Source: Anthoceros angustus
Lineage: Eukaryota > Plantae > Anthocerotophyta
Assembly (NCBI GenBank): GCA_010909165.1
Contig: VJWM01000323.1
Coordinates: 5,738 to 69,737 of the forward strand
Length of the DNA: 64,000 nt
Reading direction: 5' to 3'
The notes beneath the pieces were generated by a model that saw nothing but the letters and a program-made list of their open reading frames with translations, was not told where the DNA came from and did not search any database. Position numbers and translations under genes: made by a program. How positions within the stretch are numbered: the stretch's first letter is position 1; the number at the start of each line of letters is the position of its first letter. Shown one piece after another: positions 37,343-50,149 of the stretch.

Positions 37343-37730
37343 CAAATATCATTGTATTGAAGCAGCTCTTGGGGCATAAGTAGCCTAAGGTATGTAATCG
37401 AGAACCGGGCAGGTAAAACCTCGGCAACTAAAAGCATTGCCTTATATCTCTCGATGGAACCATCTCCTTTTCTCTTAATTTTAAATACCCACTTGCTGGT
37501 AACTATCTTCCGTCCCTTAGGTGGTTTGACTAATTCCCATGTAGAGTTATTAATTAAGGAATTGTACTCAGAATCTACAGCTACCTTCCATAGGAGCTGG
37601 ATCATCTATATGATCATCAGACTCTTCATCATCACCCTCAAGAAGGTCATCAGACTCATCAACATGTGTGTCAACAGGCTCCTCTACTGGGTAAGAGGGA
37701 GGTGTGTCTGACTGTGGAAGATATGCTAAC

Positions 37731-40700
37731 TCAAGGAGTCTGATACCATCGAACATCATGTTAATGCTTTTCGAGTGGCTCGATCTCAATTGGAATCTGC
37801 AACTGGCGTACCTATCACTGAAATGGAGGCTTACGTCATCCTATTATCTTCCTTGCCATCTTCTTGTAGGCCCTTTATTACTACTCAAAATGCGGTGATT
37901 ATGCAATGCTAGAAAAACTGCTGATGAAGATCCGGATGAAGAGCACATCGGTGTTCGAACTCATAGAGCATTGCTCACGAGGAGGCAAGTAAGACGTCCC
38001 AATCACTCCAGACCAATAAACAACGGTTATGTATAGGGGAGGCGGAAGGCGAGAGAGCCGAGGTCCCACTTCCTCGCGACAACATAATTCTCAACTTGGA
38101 GAATCTTCATCTTCTTTCACACACTGTAAGAGGTAACAAGAAGCGTGGAGTTATTTGCAATTGGTGCAGGATTCCAAATCATTTGGAGAAGGATTGTCGC
38201 AAAAAGAAGAACGGGGAACCTAGGAAGAGGCCCCACGGAGCAAATGTTGCGAAGAAGACAAGGCATCTTCCTCAACTCCTCTTTGTACTCCTTTGTGTGC
38301 TTGGCTTCTTCCAAGCCCTCCAATACCTCATGGTACTTGGAATTGGAGCTACTTCACATATATGCTACAACAAAACTCTTTTGAGTCTTACTCGCCATAG
38401 GACATAAAATTTGTCCTCCTTGGGAGATGATCACAACCTACCATAGCGGGTGTAGGTTCGATTGTATTCAAGTGTGATTGGTCAAACTCTTCTTATTCAT
38501 GAAGTCCTTCATGTTCCTTCAATGCAAAAAATCTTAATATCTTGCAAGTCTTTGTAGAGAACACACTATGCAAGTGACATTTTCTGAATAGTTGTTCTCT
38601 CTTTCATAAGTGATACAAACTCATATGCACAGGCACTTTAGATGATGGTCTCTATAGATTGTCGCAAAAAGAAGAACGGGGAACCTAGGAAAGAGGCCCC
38701 ACCTGGAGCAAATGTTGTTGCGAAGAACAAGGCATCTTCCTCAACTCCTGCTGTACTCACTGTGTGCTTGGCTTCTTCCAAGCCTTCCAATCCTCATTGG
38801 TACTTGGACAGTGGAGCTACATCACATATATGCTACAACAAAGACTCTTTTGAGTCTTACTCGCCAGAACATAAGACTGTTCTCTTGGGAGATGATCACA
38901 ACCTAACCATAGTAGGTGTAGGTTCTGTTGTATTCAGGTGTGATTCAGGTCAAACTCTTCTTATTCATGAAGTCCTTCATGTTCCTTCAATGCAAAAAAT
39001 CTTAATATCTTGCAAGTCTTTGTAGAGAACACACTATGCAAGTGACATTTTCTGAATAGTTGTTCTCTCTTTCATAAGTGATACAAACTCATATGCACAG
39101 GCACTTTAGATGATGGTCTCTATAGATTGTCGCAAAAGAAGAACGGGAACCTAGGAAGAGGCCCCACTGAGCAAATGTTGTTGCAAAGAACAAGGCATCT
39201 TCTTCAACTCCTCAGTACTCACTGTGTGCTTGGCTTCCAAGCCTTCCAATCCTCATTGGTACTTGGAGGTGGAGCTACATCACATATATGCTACAACAGA
39301 CTCTTTTGAGTCTTACCATGTAACACAAGACCGTTCTCTTGGGAGATGATCACAACTAACCATAGTAGGTGTAGGTTCATGTATCTGTGTGATTCAGTCA
39401 AACTCTTCTTATTCATGAAGTCCTTTATGTTCCCGCCATGTGCAAAAATTTAGTGTCATTGCTAGTCTTTGTAGAGAACATACTATGCAAGTGACATTTT
39501 CAGAATATTTGTTCCTCTCACACAAGACATAGGACTCAAGCCATCTGCAGTACTTTAGATGATGGTCTCTATAGATTGTCCGCCAAGTGGGAGTTTCCCG
39601 TTTGCTAATGTTGCCTCTTCAAACCAGTGACACCTTCACATACCATGCTTTGGCATTGTCGTTTGGGTCATCCTAATAGTCAAAAATTAACACAAATGTC
39701 TAAGGGTCCTCTATATAGAACTCCTTGCCTTGCAAAGGTTGAACACCTTCCCTGGTGCGAAATATGTGTCCTCACTAAACGCCACCAAGAACCTTTCAAA
39801 AATAAATCTCCACAAAGGGCCAAGACACCTTTAGAGATAGTGCACACAGACATTTGTGGTCCCATGTCTACCCTCCTTTAGTGGTAGTAGATATTTTTGA
39901 CCTTCATAGATGACTTTCTCTCGTTTGTCTTTTCCTACATCACGAAACACAAGGTGATGCCTTTCTCTTTAAGGATTATGGCTTGGGGTGAGAGCGGATA
40001 AGAAACTCAAGACCTTACGTTCCGACAATGGTGGAGTTTACATCTCACAACAATTTGAGGCGTTTTGTCTGAAGGTATAGCTCAACAACTCTGATTGTTT
40101 ACACTCCTCAACAAAATGGCGGTGAAGAATCTCGCCTTCAAGAGATCACGGGTATTGTTGGTACACAAGCTACTTTATCCAAAGGCTTATTGGTGAGGCC
40201 CTCCTTCAAAACGTATCTCATTAATCGATTACTACATCAGCGGTTCAAGGTATGACTCCTTATGAAGCCTTCATTGGCAAGAAGCCTTCTATTGATCACC
40301 TTGATTTTTGGATCCTGCTATGTTTTTATTCCTAAAGCATTGCGTAAAGTTGGATCCTAAAGCGATACATCTTCATTGGCTACCGAAGGTATCAAAGGTA
40401 CAAATTATTTAACCCTTCCTTCCAACTTATTTATGCTCGAGTGTTACTTTCCATGAGTCTTACCTCTTTTCCCACCGATTGGGAGGCACCTCTGATTTTG
40501 ATGTTTCCTCTCTTGATGAGACATGATACCTCCTCTTATTTTGATGATCTTGATTCCTTACCCCTTCCCTGCTACTCGTGTTCCTTTAGTTGAACCTATG
40601 CGGGAGGAGGAGGAGTTAGCATATCTTCCACAATCGAGACAACTCAACCTCCCTCTCTTACCCGGAGAGCTGTTGACACATGTTGATGAGTCACGATGAC

Positions 40701-41111
40701 CTTCTTGAGGGTGATGATGAAGAGTCTGAGATCATATAGATGATCCAGCTCCTATGGAAGTAGCACCTACACCCAGATACAACCTCAGGTCACGTCCTAC
40801 TATTCCTGGTCCTGCAGGTTGGACGGAACCTCCTTTAGGATACTTGGCTGTTTTTGATGATCCTATCCCTCCTTTCGTCTCTTTACTCACAAGCTGTCTA
40901 CAAAGCTACTCTTGACCCAGAAGAACCACTTACCTTAAAACAAGCTTTCTCCTCTCCTGAAAAAGACTTATAGCAGGTAGCTGTAGATTCTGAGTACAAT
41001 TCCTTAATTAATAACTCTACATGGCAATTAGTCAAACCACCCAAGGGACGGAAGATAGTTACCAGCAAGTGGGTATTTAAAATTAAGAGAAAAGGAGATG
41101 GTTCCATCGAG
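37731..41111 (+). mobile_element. Copia 2 family gag-protease-integrase-RT start, in the opposite orientation
   Basis: Gag with Zn knuckle CNWCRIPNHLEKDC; protease WYLDSGATSHIC; GAG-pre-integrase LWHCRLGHPN; integrase LEIVHTDICGPM..RSDNGG..TPQQNG; ends in RT KWVFKIKRKGDGSIE. Confidence 0.92.
38192..39580 (+). repeat. Tandem triplication (~465/468/449 bp) of the Zn-knuckle-to-protease segment
   Basis: GATTGTC recurs at 38192, 38657, 39125 and 39574; the three units are colinear and each contains the D(S)GATSH protease motif or a degenerate version. Confidence 0.93.
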
Positions 41112-41206
41112 TAGGTGGTTATAGGTTGTTGTAACCAATTAACCATAAATAACTAAAGCAACTACTTCTAACCCTAAGAATTAATTAATTATTAATTCTA
41201 GGGATT
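41112..41206 (-). repeat. Fragment of the Copia 2 LTR
   Basis: Essentially identical to 29144-29238. Confidence 0.88.
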
Positions 41207-41872
41207 TGTCGCACGAGGTAAGCCCTTGAATTCATATAAGCATTTCCTCGACCAACAACCAAGCAAACAAATCTAATACGCAGATATATAGGTGCAACCA
41301 ATAATAACAGGAGGGGAGCTAGCACATGTATTGGCACAAACACACTCTTCCACGAGAACAACCGCAAATTCCTCACACATCGCCTGAGTCATGGCTTTGG
41401 CCTCACAACGCCTTGCATTGCATGCTCTAGAGGACAAGCTATGATCGAGCTTATCTCAATGGAAGGGTCTGTATATACTAGACCTGGCACATATTCTAAG
41501 ATATCCTATCATCAAGGCGTATGCCATAAATATCCTAAGAATACACTATAATATATACAATATGCCAAAACATATTACTTGAGCTTATCCACTTAGCTAT
41601 TGTATTCTAACACTACTAATATGCAAGGAATATGCCAAGCATATTACTCGAGCTTATCCACTTAGCTATTGCCAACCATGTTTAATTAACACTAATCAAT
41701 GCTTAATTAACATAAGCACATTAGATTAATTAACACTATTCAAACACTAAATTAACATACGCATCTAAGATTAATTAATACTAATTACTTACTTAAAGAT
41801 AAGTAATTAGATTAATTAATGCTAATCAAACACTAAACCCAAGTGCAGAGATTAGTATCACACGGCATGACA
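41207..41872. repeat. ~666-bp LTR-like element (family C), likely the LTR of the DNMT-carrying Gypsy
   Basis: TGTCGCACG...GGCATGACA termini. An internal ~45-bp tandem duplication. Its left end is repeated at 41879-41905, and a 90-bp segment is shared with the DNMT units. No TSD. Confidence 0.65.
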
Positions 41873-42099
41873 AATGTTTGTGACGAGGTAAGCCCTTGAA
41901 TTCACATAATTTGCCACTCAGTAGTCCCACGACTTGAAGAACCTCCCTCCGAGGTGGCTGTAACCCAGCTTGTCTCTCCTCCTCGTCAAAATCCTCCATC
42001 GTCGATCCAACGATTTGTTAGACACATGCCAAGAGGTTCACACGTATGGCGTGTTCTTCACCACGCCAAACAGGTAGGTATTTGCTGGCGTGAGGTTCT

Positions 42100-42520
42100 C
42101 ATGATCCTTGCCATTGCAGAGGGATACCAAATCCTCAAATCTGGTTTGCTCCGCCTTTCTCCGGCACAGTCGATAGTAGGTCTCATTCCACAAATCCACC
42201 ATGACTCCGTGTTTGTACAACGTCGCTCCCAAATGATGTACTGCATGGGTGACCCATGTCGGTGACCTCCGAAGGTGAAGTCTGCTTCTTGGTTTGAATG
42301 AAACCCACCGCATGCCTTGTCACTCCCAACACATGCTCAAGTGGTTGGCCTGATCTTCCATTTGGTTTCTTCAACCTTTCTTGGTGGAGACCCAACGCTT
42401 CTTCACTTCTTCCAACGATCCGCTGAGCAGTGTCAATCAACACCCTCCTTCGGTGCGAATCCATTGATTTCAATGTGCCTCTCCCGATTGTTGACCAAAG
42501 CCACTCCCACGGCAAGATTC
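42100..42520 (-). pseudogene. Retrotransposon aspartic protease remnant (unit 1)
   Basis: ALVNNRERHIEINGF..VLIDT(A)Q.IVGR..ALGL..EHVLGVT..LG.TLYKHGVMVDLWNETYY, with a degenerate D(T/S)G active site. Frameshifted. Confidence 0.75.
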
Positions 42521-42919
42521 CGCTCCACAGAGATGCTTGGCTCGAGGTCAAGAATGACATCATTGCCACTGGCACATTGTCGACACTGCTCCTTCGGGTT
42601 GTCATCCTACCGAGTCAAACCCCGACTTCCTTCACGCCAACCCCATGTCTTGTGGTGTAAACATGGCATCTCCGGCTTTGTGCCATCGTCCACAGAACTG
42701 CAGGCATGGGTTTCTCATTGCTGTAACACACGGAGGGAGTAGCTGCACGTCGTGGCACAAACACACCTCCCCACGAGAACAACACGCAAATTCCTCACAC
42801 ATCGCTTTCTCCTCTCCAAACTCGCCTTCTCTGAGATGCGAGCCGGAATGCCTTTGCCCACCGAACCACCGCTTCAACCCTGCTCGGTTTTGAAGTTGGT
42901 GTTTTACCCAGCTAAACAA

Positions 42920-43460
42920 ACTGTAGGTCATCATGTTCATGTCAAATGCTTGTCCAAGCAATCGACAGTTCCTTCTGGCCACTCCTGGATCATGCCAAAA
43001 TCTTCCGGACTTGCTTCTTCACGCTTAGGCATGCCGCACATTCTCCAACATGTATCCAAGGCCTTTCTTGCCCTTTTTGGATCAAGCGCAAGATCCTCAT
43101 CAGTCATAGAACAATGCCGTTTCGTGGATCCTTGACCTTGACCCTTTCCGCAGAGAGGATAGTCCTTGAGACTCCCAACTGATGACAAGGTCCACCGGTT
43201 GCCCAAGACAACTCCGGGACAACCCTATCATCCGAACATCCATCAGCGCTTCCGGGTAACCCTTCACCGACTCCCACGCCGAGGTTAGGTACTCCCCATC
43301 AAGTCCCTTACGCGCCTGCGACACAATCCTTGCTTTTGATCCGGGTCACAATGCACGATCTTCGCACTTTGATGCCACACTCAAAGACTGCCCAAGCCGC
43401 ATCGATGCCTCCAAAGAGTTCCACGAGCACTATGCCGCTTCCCGAGGTCGCCATGTGATG
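42920..43460 (-). pseudogene. C5 cytosine DNA methyltransferase remnant, retrotransposon-borne (unit 1)
   Basis: Motif I GIVLVELFGGI (43404-43436); CGIKVRR..CDPD; motif IV VDLVI.WESQGLS (43163-43190); motif V DPR..LFYD; motif VI YMLENV (43037-43054); motif X-like CRLLGQAFD (42941-42965). Confidence 0.85.
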
Positions 43461-43861
43461 ACCGGTGTTTAGGTCACAAACAGCTCAACCCTAGGCAAGA
43501 ACTTACATGCTAGCTTCTCCTCATAGGACATCGGGTCCTCTTGCACCATCCTCCACAACTTTTGCACGGCTCATCGCAGCCACCACTCCGTGACTTGAAG
43601 AACCTCCTCCGAGGGTGGTTGCAACCTAGCTTGTCTCCTCCTCCTCGCCAAAATCCTCCATCGGGCCATGGTTGTTAGACACATGCCAAGAGGTTCAAGA
43701 TGGCGTGTTCTTCACCACGCCAAACACTGGGTAGACGCTGGCAATGAGGTTCTCATGATCCTTGCCATGAAGTCGCAGAGGGATGTGGGCAATCTCATCT
43801 GGTTTTGCTCCATTTTCTCCACTGGTCGATAGTAGACTGCTCCCACAAATCCACCATGACT

Positions 43862-46800
43862 CACTACTAGGAAAACGGGCCTTTTACTATAGGCCGCTTT
43901 TTAGAACAGGGAGATTCGTGCTCAAGTCGATTTACAACGGCTTCATGGTTTATGGATTATTTTCTTGTATAGCCATTCGTGTTACTACAGGAGCTCTAGT
44001 GTTTTACTACGGGTGTATTTAGCCACTGGCTCGATGACGTGGCATAACGAAAGCTACTTTACTACGAGGGCTCTTCGGTTGCAACACGATAGATCCGATC
44101 AATGACTTTACAACAATGAATGTGTCTACAACAACGCATTTAGTAAATACCATCACGCCTGCTTACAACGATTTTCTTTACAACGCCCATGGTCTACTTA
44201 CAATGGGAAGTGGTTTACAACGCATTGTCAAGTTTTACAACGGGGCTTTTACAACGCAGACATACATACCTTACAACAACACGCCGGTTTACAATGAGGA
44301 TCAAAGGTATGTGAGCATTCATGTGCATATGGTATAGGGTTTGAGGGAAGGGTTCAGGAACTCGAATGAAAAGGTGGCCGCGCTTTATTGAGAGACGTGC
44401 TCACCCAAAAACTATGGGTCGGTCACCAAAAACAAACACAACATCAACACCAGTAACTAGCACAACAAAACGGATGGCGACGATCTCACTGTAATCTACC
44501 GGATGCGACGCTGCCAGTCCCTGCCTCATGCGTGCATCCTCTCCTCACCCACCACACGCTCAATTCCTGTTCTCAATGCCAACCACCTTCTCCAATTCGC
44601 CACAAGGAGGTGGTAGCCGTGAAAATCCTCAGCCTGTGCACCATTTCCATTTTCCTAACATCCGTCCGATAAACCTCTGCACCTCCCCGCACACGCCTAG
44701 CTTGTCAACGCGTTTGTGCACCGCATCGACGCCAGATATTGGTGAGAAAGGGAGCCGGGCTTGTCGATAAGAGCGCGAGCTCTTCCGGTCGTCAAAAATT
44801 GCGATCCCATGACTGTTGAAAGCCATAGCGCTAGCTTGGTCGCCCCGCCTTCCACAACCGAGCAAGCAAGAGAACAAAACCCGTGGAACCCAATCGATCG
44901 AATGAGAATTGAACGATAAACGGCGCACAAAGAAATCAGAAACGAGTTCTCGATGCAACTTTCCCCAAAGCGCGAGATCTATAACACTACCTCTACATAC
45001 ACAATCCAAGACACAACCAATCGGAAAACTCATGGCTGCGCTGCGCACCTCAATCGGGCAGACACGATCTCCAGATCAGAATGAACTCACTCAGTGAAGT
45101 GGCTTGAAGGCAATGCACCCTTTTGTTGCCGACTAGGCAAATGAGAGGCCAGTGTCTTGGACCCTCGAGTACATTCTGGCATGTCAAAGACATGGTCCGG
45201 AAGCCAAGTTCAAAATGACTAGTCAAAAACTCAACATCAACTTCGTGGTCATGGCCAAGTACCACAAAGTTTATGACCAAGAGGATATGTATTTGACCGA
45301 GATGATATGTATTTGATCGCACTGTTCCCAAGACCCAAGGAACCCTAAACCATGGTCCGAAACTAGAGAAAAGCTAACTCATGTCCCGGAACCCAAGGAA
45401 CCGTAAACCATGTTCCTAAACCCAAAGTGTTAACACTAAACCATTTTTCCAAACCCAAGGACTACTCAAATCCATTGGAGTTTAACCAGCTACCAAAACC
45501 CAAGGACAATGGGGAAACCCATTTCCAGCATTTATAGCCCAGTGGTCACGAACCAAATGAAATCATGGCCAATATTATAAATCAAACCCCAAAACCCAAG
45601 GACATGGGAAAACCCACAAGCATAGCGTTTCAACTTATCCTTGGGTTTCAAACCCGCTGGCCCCGTAACTACTTAGGTTAAATATTCAAATACCAAGCTC
45701 AATGTGCGGGCTATAAATGCGTGAATAATGCATGTAAATTAACCCGAAAAATAGCCCGCTCACACGAGACATCGGAGGAGAAGTGTTCTTCTTCGAGAGA
45801 ATGCGCTGGAAATACATGTCTTCGCCAAGATGTCGAAAAGCACCGAAAGGGCCCCGCGCCATCTCTGCTTTTGCGCTGCACCGTGGACCAAGGGAGAGAG
45901 TACCGAGACATCTATGAACGCGTCCGCACCGCCTCTTGTGGTCGTGGATATACCACGCCCATCCCGCAGCTCGAGGAGCGCAAACAGGTAGAAGAAGACG
46001 GACAAGTGTGGTAAAGGCAAGTTTAGGGTCAAGGTATGTCGCATGAGGGCGTTGTTCTTTCTCCGTGGGCTTTTCATTCATGTGTTTGTGTTGTTGTTTT
46101 CTCGTGCGTCACATAGCTGCTTTTCACAACCAAAGAATGGCGTATGCCAAAAGCCGTGAAGATAGAATGTCATGCCGAGGACATCGAGACAAGGCGACAA
46201 CGCGGCCTCATACTGGGATGCAGCCGAGGCCACACGGAAGGAACTGACGGACCCGATGGTTGTGAAAACAAGAACTTGGCGATGCCGCGATCTTAGGGCT
46301 CCAACACCTAAAAGGTAAGTGGTGTGGTGAAGGAGGACGAGCACAGAAGAAGACGCCAATGGTGACGAGGATGAGCGAACATGTCATTGGAAGACATCAG
46401 CAGCAAGAGGTAGCAAGGGGTGATCGTGGACGAGCTAAGCGTGGCCGAGTTAAGGGTGACAAATGGCAAGGCAAGCGGCTACCAAGTTCGCGCAGATGGC
46501 TTGGGAGGCCAACGCGAGGTCGGAGAGTAGGATCAAGCACGATGGAGGGAGTTTAACCAAGAGTCTCAAGGGCCTCAGAATGATCACCAAATGCCGGCCC
46601 GAGGCATTGGGTTGACGGGTTTTGGCTCATCATGTGGAGTCGAGGTCCAAGAGGGCGACGACGAAGATGAGGAGGACAAGTTCCACAAGGTCCAGCGCCT
46701 TACCTCGAAGATGTCCTTCCAACACAAAACTGGGCCTCACAATTTATGGGAAATGTGCCACAACAGGGTTTGGCACGATCAAGTTTGCACAACAGGTGAC

Positions 46801-49395
46801 CTCGGACATCCGCTTGATTGTCCAAGAGTGGGAAGGCCCACATGCCGACATGGGTGTATGCCATGCGTGGCCCGCGAATCCCCGCCCGCAAGTGCCGACC
46901 TCGAGGCAAGGAAGGACGAAGAGGAGGCGACCTTAACCAAGGATGCTTGAGGAGGCCGTTGAGAAGGGCGAAGAGGAGGTTGGCGGAGTTCAGACCGGTA
47001 GGGTGTGATTCGGACCGACACCATTGCCGAAAGGGAAACAACTAGCTCGCAATGAAGGTGCCTTCGCAAGAATACACGGCCAATTCTAACTAATTTGAAG
47101 GTGAGCTCAGACAAAGATGAAGGAGTGGCACGATTCGACGTGGTGGTTTGTGATAGCCTGTGGATCGTGAGATAGCCGATATTTTGGAAGATGCCGCAGA
47201 CCGGGAAATGGGAAGGCGATCCGAAGTGGATTCATTTGCTTCTAGGACACCCTTGCCCGACGGCGCGGATGATGCGAACAATACAATCGGGTCGCCACAC
47301 AACCGGGTGTGTCAACCCCATCATGAGCATCGGGGATGCTCATGCGGGTACATGGCGAAATCCCTATGACATGTATGGACGTTGACTTGAGGGCAACAAG
47401 CGCGTGCACCAAAACGGAAGAGGAATTTCGACATCCAAAGATGAGGTTCTCATTGCCTCATATGCATGAAAGCGGTAAGTATTCTGTCTGTGAAAATGGA
47501 GGGGAGCATGGTTGCTTTGCGAGGGGAGGATCCATGCATGGTTGCTTTACAGTCGCGTATCGCCCGACATGTGCACATGTTGGGTTTTACAGCCCGACAT
47601 AGTGGCTGGGCTCAGATTATCGTTCGGGTTACAGCGATACTGTGTCGATAATTGAGGCTCGTTACAGTTCGTAACTGTGCCCGACATTGTGCCCGGAGTT
47701 ACACTGCAAAAGTAGGCTTGTAACTCCATGGTCATTTAATTTTGGGTTGAGGCCTGGATTTCGCATGAGGTTATGTTGCATGAATGTTCTAAATCACAAT
47801 TGTCTATGTGTTTTGAATGTGCAGTTACATACTACGTGACTCTTCGTGGTTTCCAAGGATAGGGTGCACTACACAATCCGACACATGTGCAACCCATCGC
47901 CGTCTCGATTTTTGGGCACACTGACTGAAGTGCTTCTTATTGAAAGCACCTTACGCCAAACAATTTTGTGCCCATGGAGCTTTCATTGTATTGTAGCTCG
48001 CTTAGTGGCACCCGGCCCCGAGGCATTGGAAGAATAACTTGAGAAAGGAGGCTAGGCACTTCTTACATGGGAAGAAAGGGTGCGATAAGTATGTGCCCAA
48101 GAGCTTGAAGAAGGAGCATTGGGATGTTCTCTCAAACAGGAGAAAGATAAGTGGATGGTGTTGTTGCACCCAAATAACAAAAGATTGCTGCGTAGGGGAA
48201 AACGGTAAGCCATATTCTTGCTTTGGGTTTGGAGGTCAAAAGCAATTCATGGACAGGTTCAGAGCCAAGTTTGATAGGCAAGCAACTTTAGAGGAGATCA
48301 AGGCTGTGGGATCTAGGCATGGAAATTGGTTGAACAAGCTGAGAGCGCATTGGAAGGAGACTAAAACCACAATTCCATCCTTGGGTCCTCAAGTGGATTC
48401 TGAAGGGAAAGTCGATAAGGCTGTGAATGTCTGGAATCTATTGCATGAAGCAGATATGAGAGTGCAGATGGTGATGAATGTAATGGAGGCAATCAAGAAG
48501 AGGGTCCGGATGAAGGTTTCATGGTGGAACATCTTCTTCCTGACAACTGAAAAGGCTAAGAAAGCCTCACCATAGTTCGTCGGAACAGAGCTTGCACTTC
48601 CACAATTTCATGTAATCTTCAACCGTAATTGTTGAAGTTCATCTCGTATGGGCTTTGTTCATGCTTGTATGTTTGTGAAAGAGGGTTGGCGGGTTGTCGT
48701 CAAATGGAGGCCGTGACAAACTAATCTACTACCGATTGTAGGATGCATGGTGTAGTAGGCTTTGCCAAGATAGCGGTAGTGGAGTTTTTACAATGCATCA
48801 GATTTTACAACAAACTTGCTTCATTGCAACGCATTCGTTTACAACGGACCCCTATCTCTACTAAACTTTACAACGAGAGCCTTTTACAACGGGTTTCGTT
48901 GTAAATGAAAAGCTACTTTTAAACGAACCAGACACCGTGGTCCATTTACAACAAGGTCCGTTGTAAAGGTACATACTATTACAACAGTGGCTCGCGAAAG
49001 TTACGCATTACAACGCCATTCGCTTAGGTTAATCATGGTTAACTAACGCAACTAGTTTGTGGTAATCGAATCATTTAACCCCGCTTAATAAACGTCAAGA
49101 TTAACTCTAGTATATTAACCATGGTTATTGAAGTTGTAAAATGCGCTTGTACCGTAGTAATGTCCGTCAGTAAAGGGTTCCGTTGTAAAGTTTAACCGGT
49201 ACGGACCACTTCAAGCCATACACCGTATGGGTTGGACAATACCGTATTCAATACATAATATAGCCCTCGATATGCGTATATACTTTTACTATGGATATTA
49301 CTAAGGTGTGTTTACTACGGGGTTTTACTACACTTAGTAAAGGCGTTGTAATGCCCGTGTAATTTCCGTTGTAAAGTATCCTTTTCCTAGTAGTG
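43862..49395 (+). mobile_element. CACTA (En/Spm) DNA transposon, non-autonomous, with TnpA-like remnants
   Basis: 14-bp TIRs CACTACTAGGAAAA / TTTTCCTAGTAGTG. Near-TSD ACT/ACC. Dense subterminal TTTACAACG/CGTTGTAAA repeats at both ends. The host sequence resumes across the insertion (compare 42195-42225). ORF 48039-48575 is a possible TnpA-like piece. Confidence 0.93.
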
Positions 49396-49760
49396 ACCGA
49401 GTTTGTACAAAGCGTCCGCCTCCAAAGAAGACATCAAATGTGCATCGTGATTGACTACAGTGTACCTCGACAAAGGTGAAGTCTCATTGTTCTTGGTTTG
49501 AATGAAACCTTCGACTTGTACCTTGTCACTCCCAACACATGCTCCGTGGTCCCAACAAGGTCCGATCTTCCATTTGGTTTTCAACCTTTCTTGGTGGAGA
49601 CCCAACGCTTCTTCACTCTTCTTCCAACGATCACTCTACCGTGCTTGTCAATCAACACCTCCTTGGTGAATCCATTGATTTCAATGTGCCTCTCCGATTG
49701 TTGACCAAAGCCACTCCCACTGTGCGATTCCGCTTCTCCACGAGATGCTTCGAGGTCGAA
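49396..49760 (-). pseudogene. Retrotransposon aspartic protease remnant (unit 2; its C-terminal part lies at ~43580-43861 across the CACTA)
   Basis: HIEINGFTKEVLID.HGRVIVGRR..LGL..EHVLGVT..ADALYKL; colinear with 42210-42560. Confidence 0.75.
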
Positions 49761-50149
49761 TGACATCATTGCCACCGCTGTTGGCACATTGTCGACACTT
49801 GCTTGGCCTTCAAGGGTTGTCAACATCCAGAGTCAAACCCCCGACTTCCTTCACGCCAACCCCATGTCTTGTAGGTTGAAACATGGCATCTCCAAGCTTT
49901 GTGCCATCGCTCCGCCAATAACTGCATGGGTTTCTCCACATTGCTTGTAACAACAGGAGGGAGTAGCTCGCACGCCGTGGCACAAACACACTCTCCCCAC
50001 GAGAACAACACGCAAATTCCTCACACATCGCTCTCCTTGCCCTCCAAACTCGCCTTCTCTGAGATGCGAGGCGAATGCCTTTTGCCCAGAACCGCATTGC
50101 AACCCGCTCTTCCGGTTTTGAAGTTGGTAAGCGACTCGGTAGCTAAACA

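Larger units (their letters stand above)
29066..37730 (-). mobile_element. Ty1/Copia element 2, 3' half (RT, RNase H, long 3' region, PPT, 3' LTR), interrupted by a family A solo LTR
   Basis: RT: EYNSLINNSTWELVKPPKGRKIVTSKWVFKIKRKGDGSIERYKA (37276-37605), MDVKTANLYGRLKEEIYMRQPEG (32329-32601), LLYVDD ~32160. RNase H: SDSQGAIALARNPVFHSRTKHV..ADLLTK (31196-31669). PPT AGTGAGTGGGAG at 29287-29298. Confidence 0.92.

Noticed and set aside
42920-43460. DNMT as a bacterial restriction-modification gene or a host MET1/CMT/DRM gene
   Set aside because: Intronless, adjacent to a retropepsin-like protease and LTR sequence, with no BAH/chromo/UBA domains or restriction partner; fits a retrotransposon-borne DNMT.
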